A stretch of DNA of 61,367 bases, the filler included, from Fonticula-like sp. SCN 57-25 (lineage: Eukaryota), in NCBI GenBank assembly GCA_001724245.1. It is 6 parts of 6 records of this genome, joined end to end, with 100 filler letters (N's around TTAATTAATTAA, not from the genome) between each part and the next. Parts side by side here need not be neighbours in the genome. Positions count along the whole stretch, not along the records: positions 51,711 to 61,367 come from MEDX01000252.1; 5 more parts are not named here. One strand, given 5' to 3'. Position numbers and translations under genes: made by a program. The notes under the pieces are model-generated. The model saw only the letters and a list, made by a program, of their open reading frames with translations, ran no database searches and had not been told where the DNA came from. This document shows, in pieces, positions 60,153 to 61,367 of this stretch (position 1 is its first letter; the number at the start of each line of letters is the position of its first letter).

Positions 60153-61367
60153 ATGGCCAGCCAGGTCGGGGCCGCTGCGCCCGATGGGGACAATCCGCAC
60201 CTCGCCATCATGCAAAAGTTCAGCCGCAAGGCCGAAGAGGAGCGCCAGATTGAGCAGGAGCGCAAGCGGCTGGAGGGAACCATGCTGGAGTCTAAAAAGG
60301 TGCAAGAGGCCGTGATTCAGGATGGCGCCAACCTTCACCACGTCATTCTCGGTAAATTATATGCATGCATGAAAAGATCTTTCTCACGCATTGTTTCTCT
60401 CTTTTGCAGCCCGATACGCCGAGCGGAAGCGCCAGCAAGAGTTGGCCGAGCAAGAAAAGTGCGCTCCCCTTGTGTCCATTGCATGTTCTCACCCATCATC
60501 CCAGGAGAGCGCAGCTCGAGCAGCGCCACTCGCGGCGGAATAGCGCAAAGTCGGAGGAGATTATCGAGCGCCCTCCGGGGCCCGTCCTCGAGGTGCGTGG
60601 ATCAATTGCGTCACGCCCGAACACTGTTGCTGATCCCTGTTTGATGCCAGACCCTCACGGCGAGCGTCGATGTGCATGCTGGTGGGCAGGGTCATGTCGG
60701 CCGCCGCCGCATTTCGATGGAGGATCGGTCGCCGCTGACGCTCTTTTTCTTTGAGCTGGGCGAAGACGACACGCCCGCCAAGGTCCCATGCGACGTACGC
60801 CGCCAACTTGTTTTGGTGTTTGGCGGGACTAACGGATGGTAAAACAGACGCTCGTCCTCGGCCCGGCCACGCTGCTCTTTGACAATATCCCGGTAGCGAC
60901 AGATAGCAAGCACGCGCAGACCCGTGCGCACTGTTTTCAGCTCTATTGTATTGTGCCTAACAGACCCTCGCAGAGGCCAAGAAGCAGAGCGTTTTCCAGA
61001 CGATCCGCAACGCGACCGTCCGCAGCGCGCGCGCCTTCAAGGTGACCGAGGTGCCCACGGCCATGATAGAGACCGGCTCGGCTAGCTTCTATCTGACATT
61101 TGGCTCGGTGGCGGAGCGCAGCGCGTGGCACTCTGCGACGCAGGCGTTCTTTTCAAAGTACAGCATCCTCGGCGAGGCGCCCAAGCGGTCACTGTCGCTC
61201 GATGAGACGAGCATGAAGTTGGGCGAGGAGGGGGACGCGTCGCCCAGCCAGACTCGGCGGTCCTCTACGCCCGCCGGCCGGCGCTCGTCAAAGGCGCGGC
61301 CCATTTTTGCAGCCCTCGAGTCAGACGTGCTCGTCAACCCGCTCGCAGAGGAGGTCGAGCCCGATGC
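60153..61367 (+). CDS. Coiled-coil plus PH-like domain protein, runs off the window
   Basis: Plus-strand exons with GT-AG introns; SFYLTFGSVAERSAWHSATQAF resembles the terminal PH helix. Confidence 0.5.

Noticed and set aside
60561-61337. Minus-strand ORFs at the window end
   Set aside because: Splice signals and a PH-like translation support the plus strand instead.

Overview
The window is six contigs joined by 100-nt artificial linkers (N44-TTAATTAATTAA-N44), so adjacency across linkers is not biological. Contig 1 (1-10902) is intron-less, gene-dense, lower in GC and mostly orphan ORFs. It looks like a large eukaryotic DNA virus (NCLDV-like or similar; no hallmark gene seen). It encodes a 536-aa protein with a divergent H3-like histone fold, a multi-pass membrane protein fusing a possible TLC-like domain to a PAP2 phosphatase, a PD-(D/E)xK nuclease, and secreted/membrane orphans. 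Contigs 2-6 (11003-61367) come from a compact GC-rich eukaryote, probably an amorphean/opisthokont-type protist, with short GT-AG introns and many head-to-head gene pairs. Its genes include an ASPP/MYPT-like ankyrin protein, OCA6, CDO, a CYLD-like USP, NKAP, RPL35A, a Cdc15-type pseudokinase, NDK, a dead patatin, CLASRP, a CoA Nudix hydrolase, PMS2, FAF2-like UBX, eIF1A, MyTH4-FERM myosin, FHIP2, a homeobox protein, SDHAF2, Hsp110, LARP7, SF3B4, metaxin, a PI-PLC-like protein, kaptin, RPB10, Mic60, a membrane-anchored CCCH protein and a PH-like protein. Family calls are from motif recognition by eye; no searches were run. Eukaryotic gene coordinates span introns.
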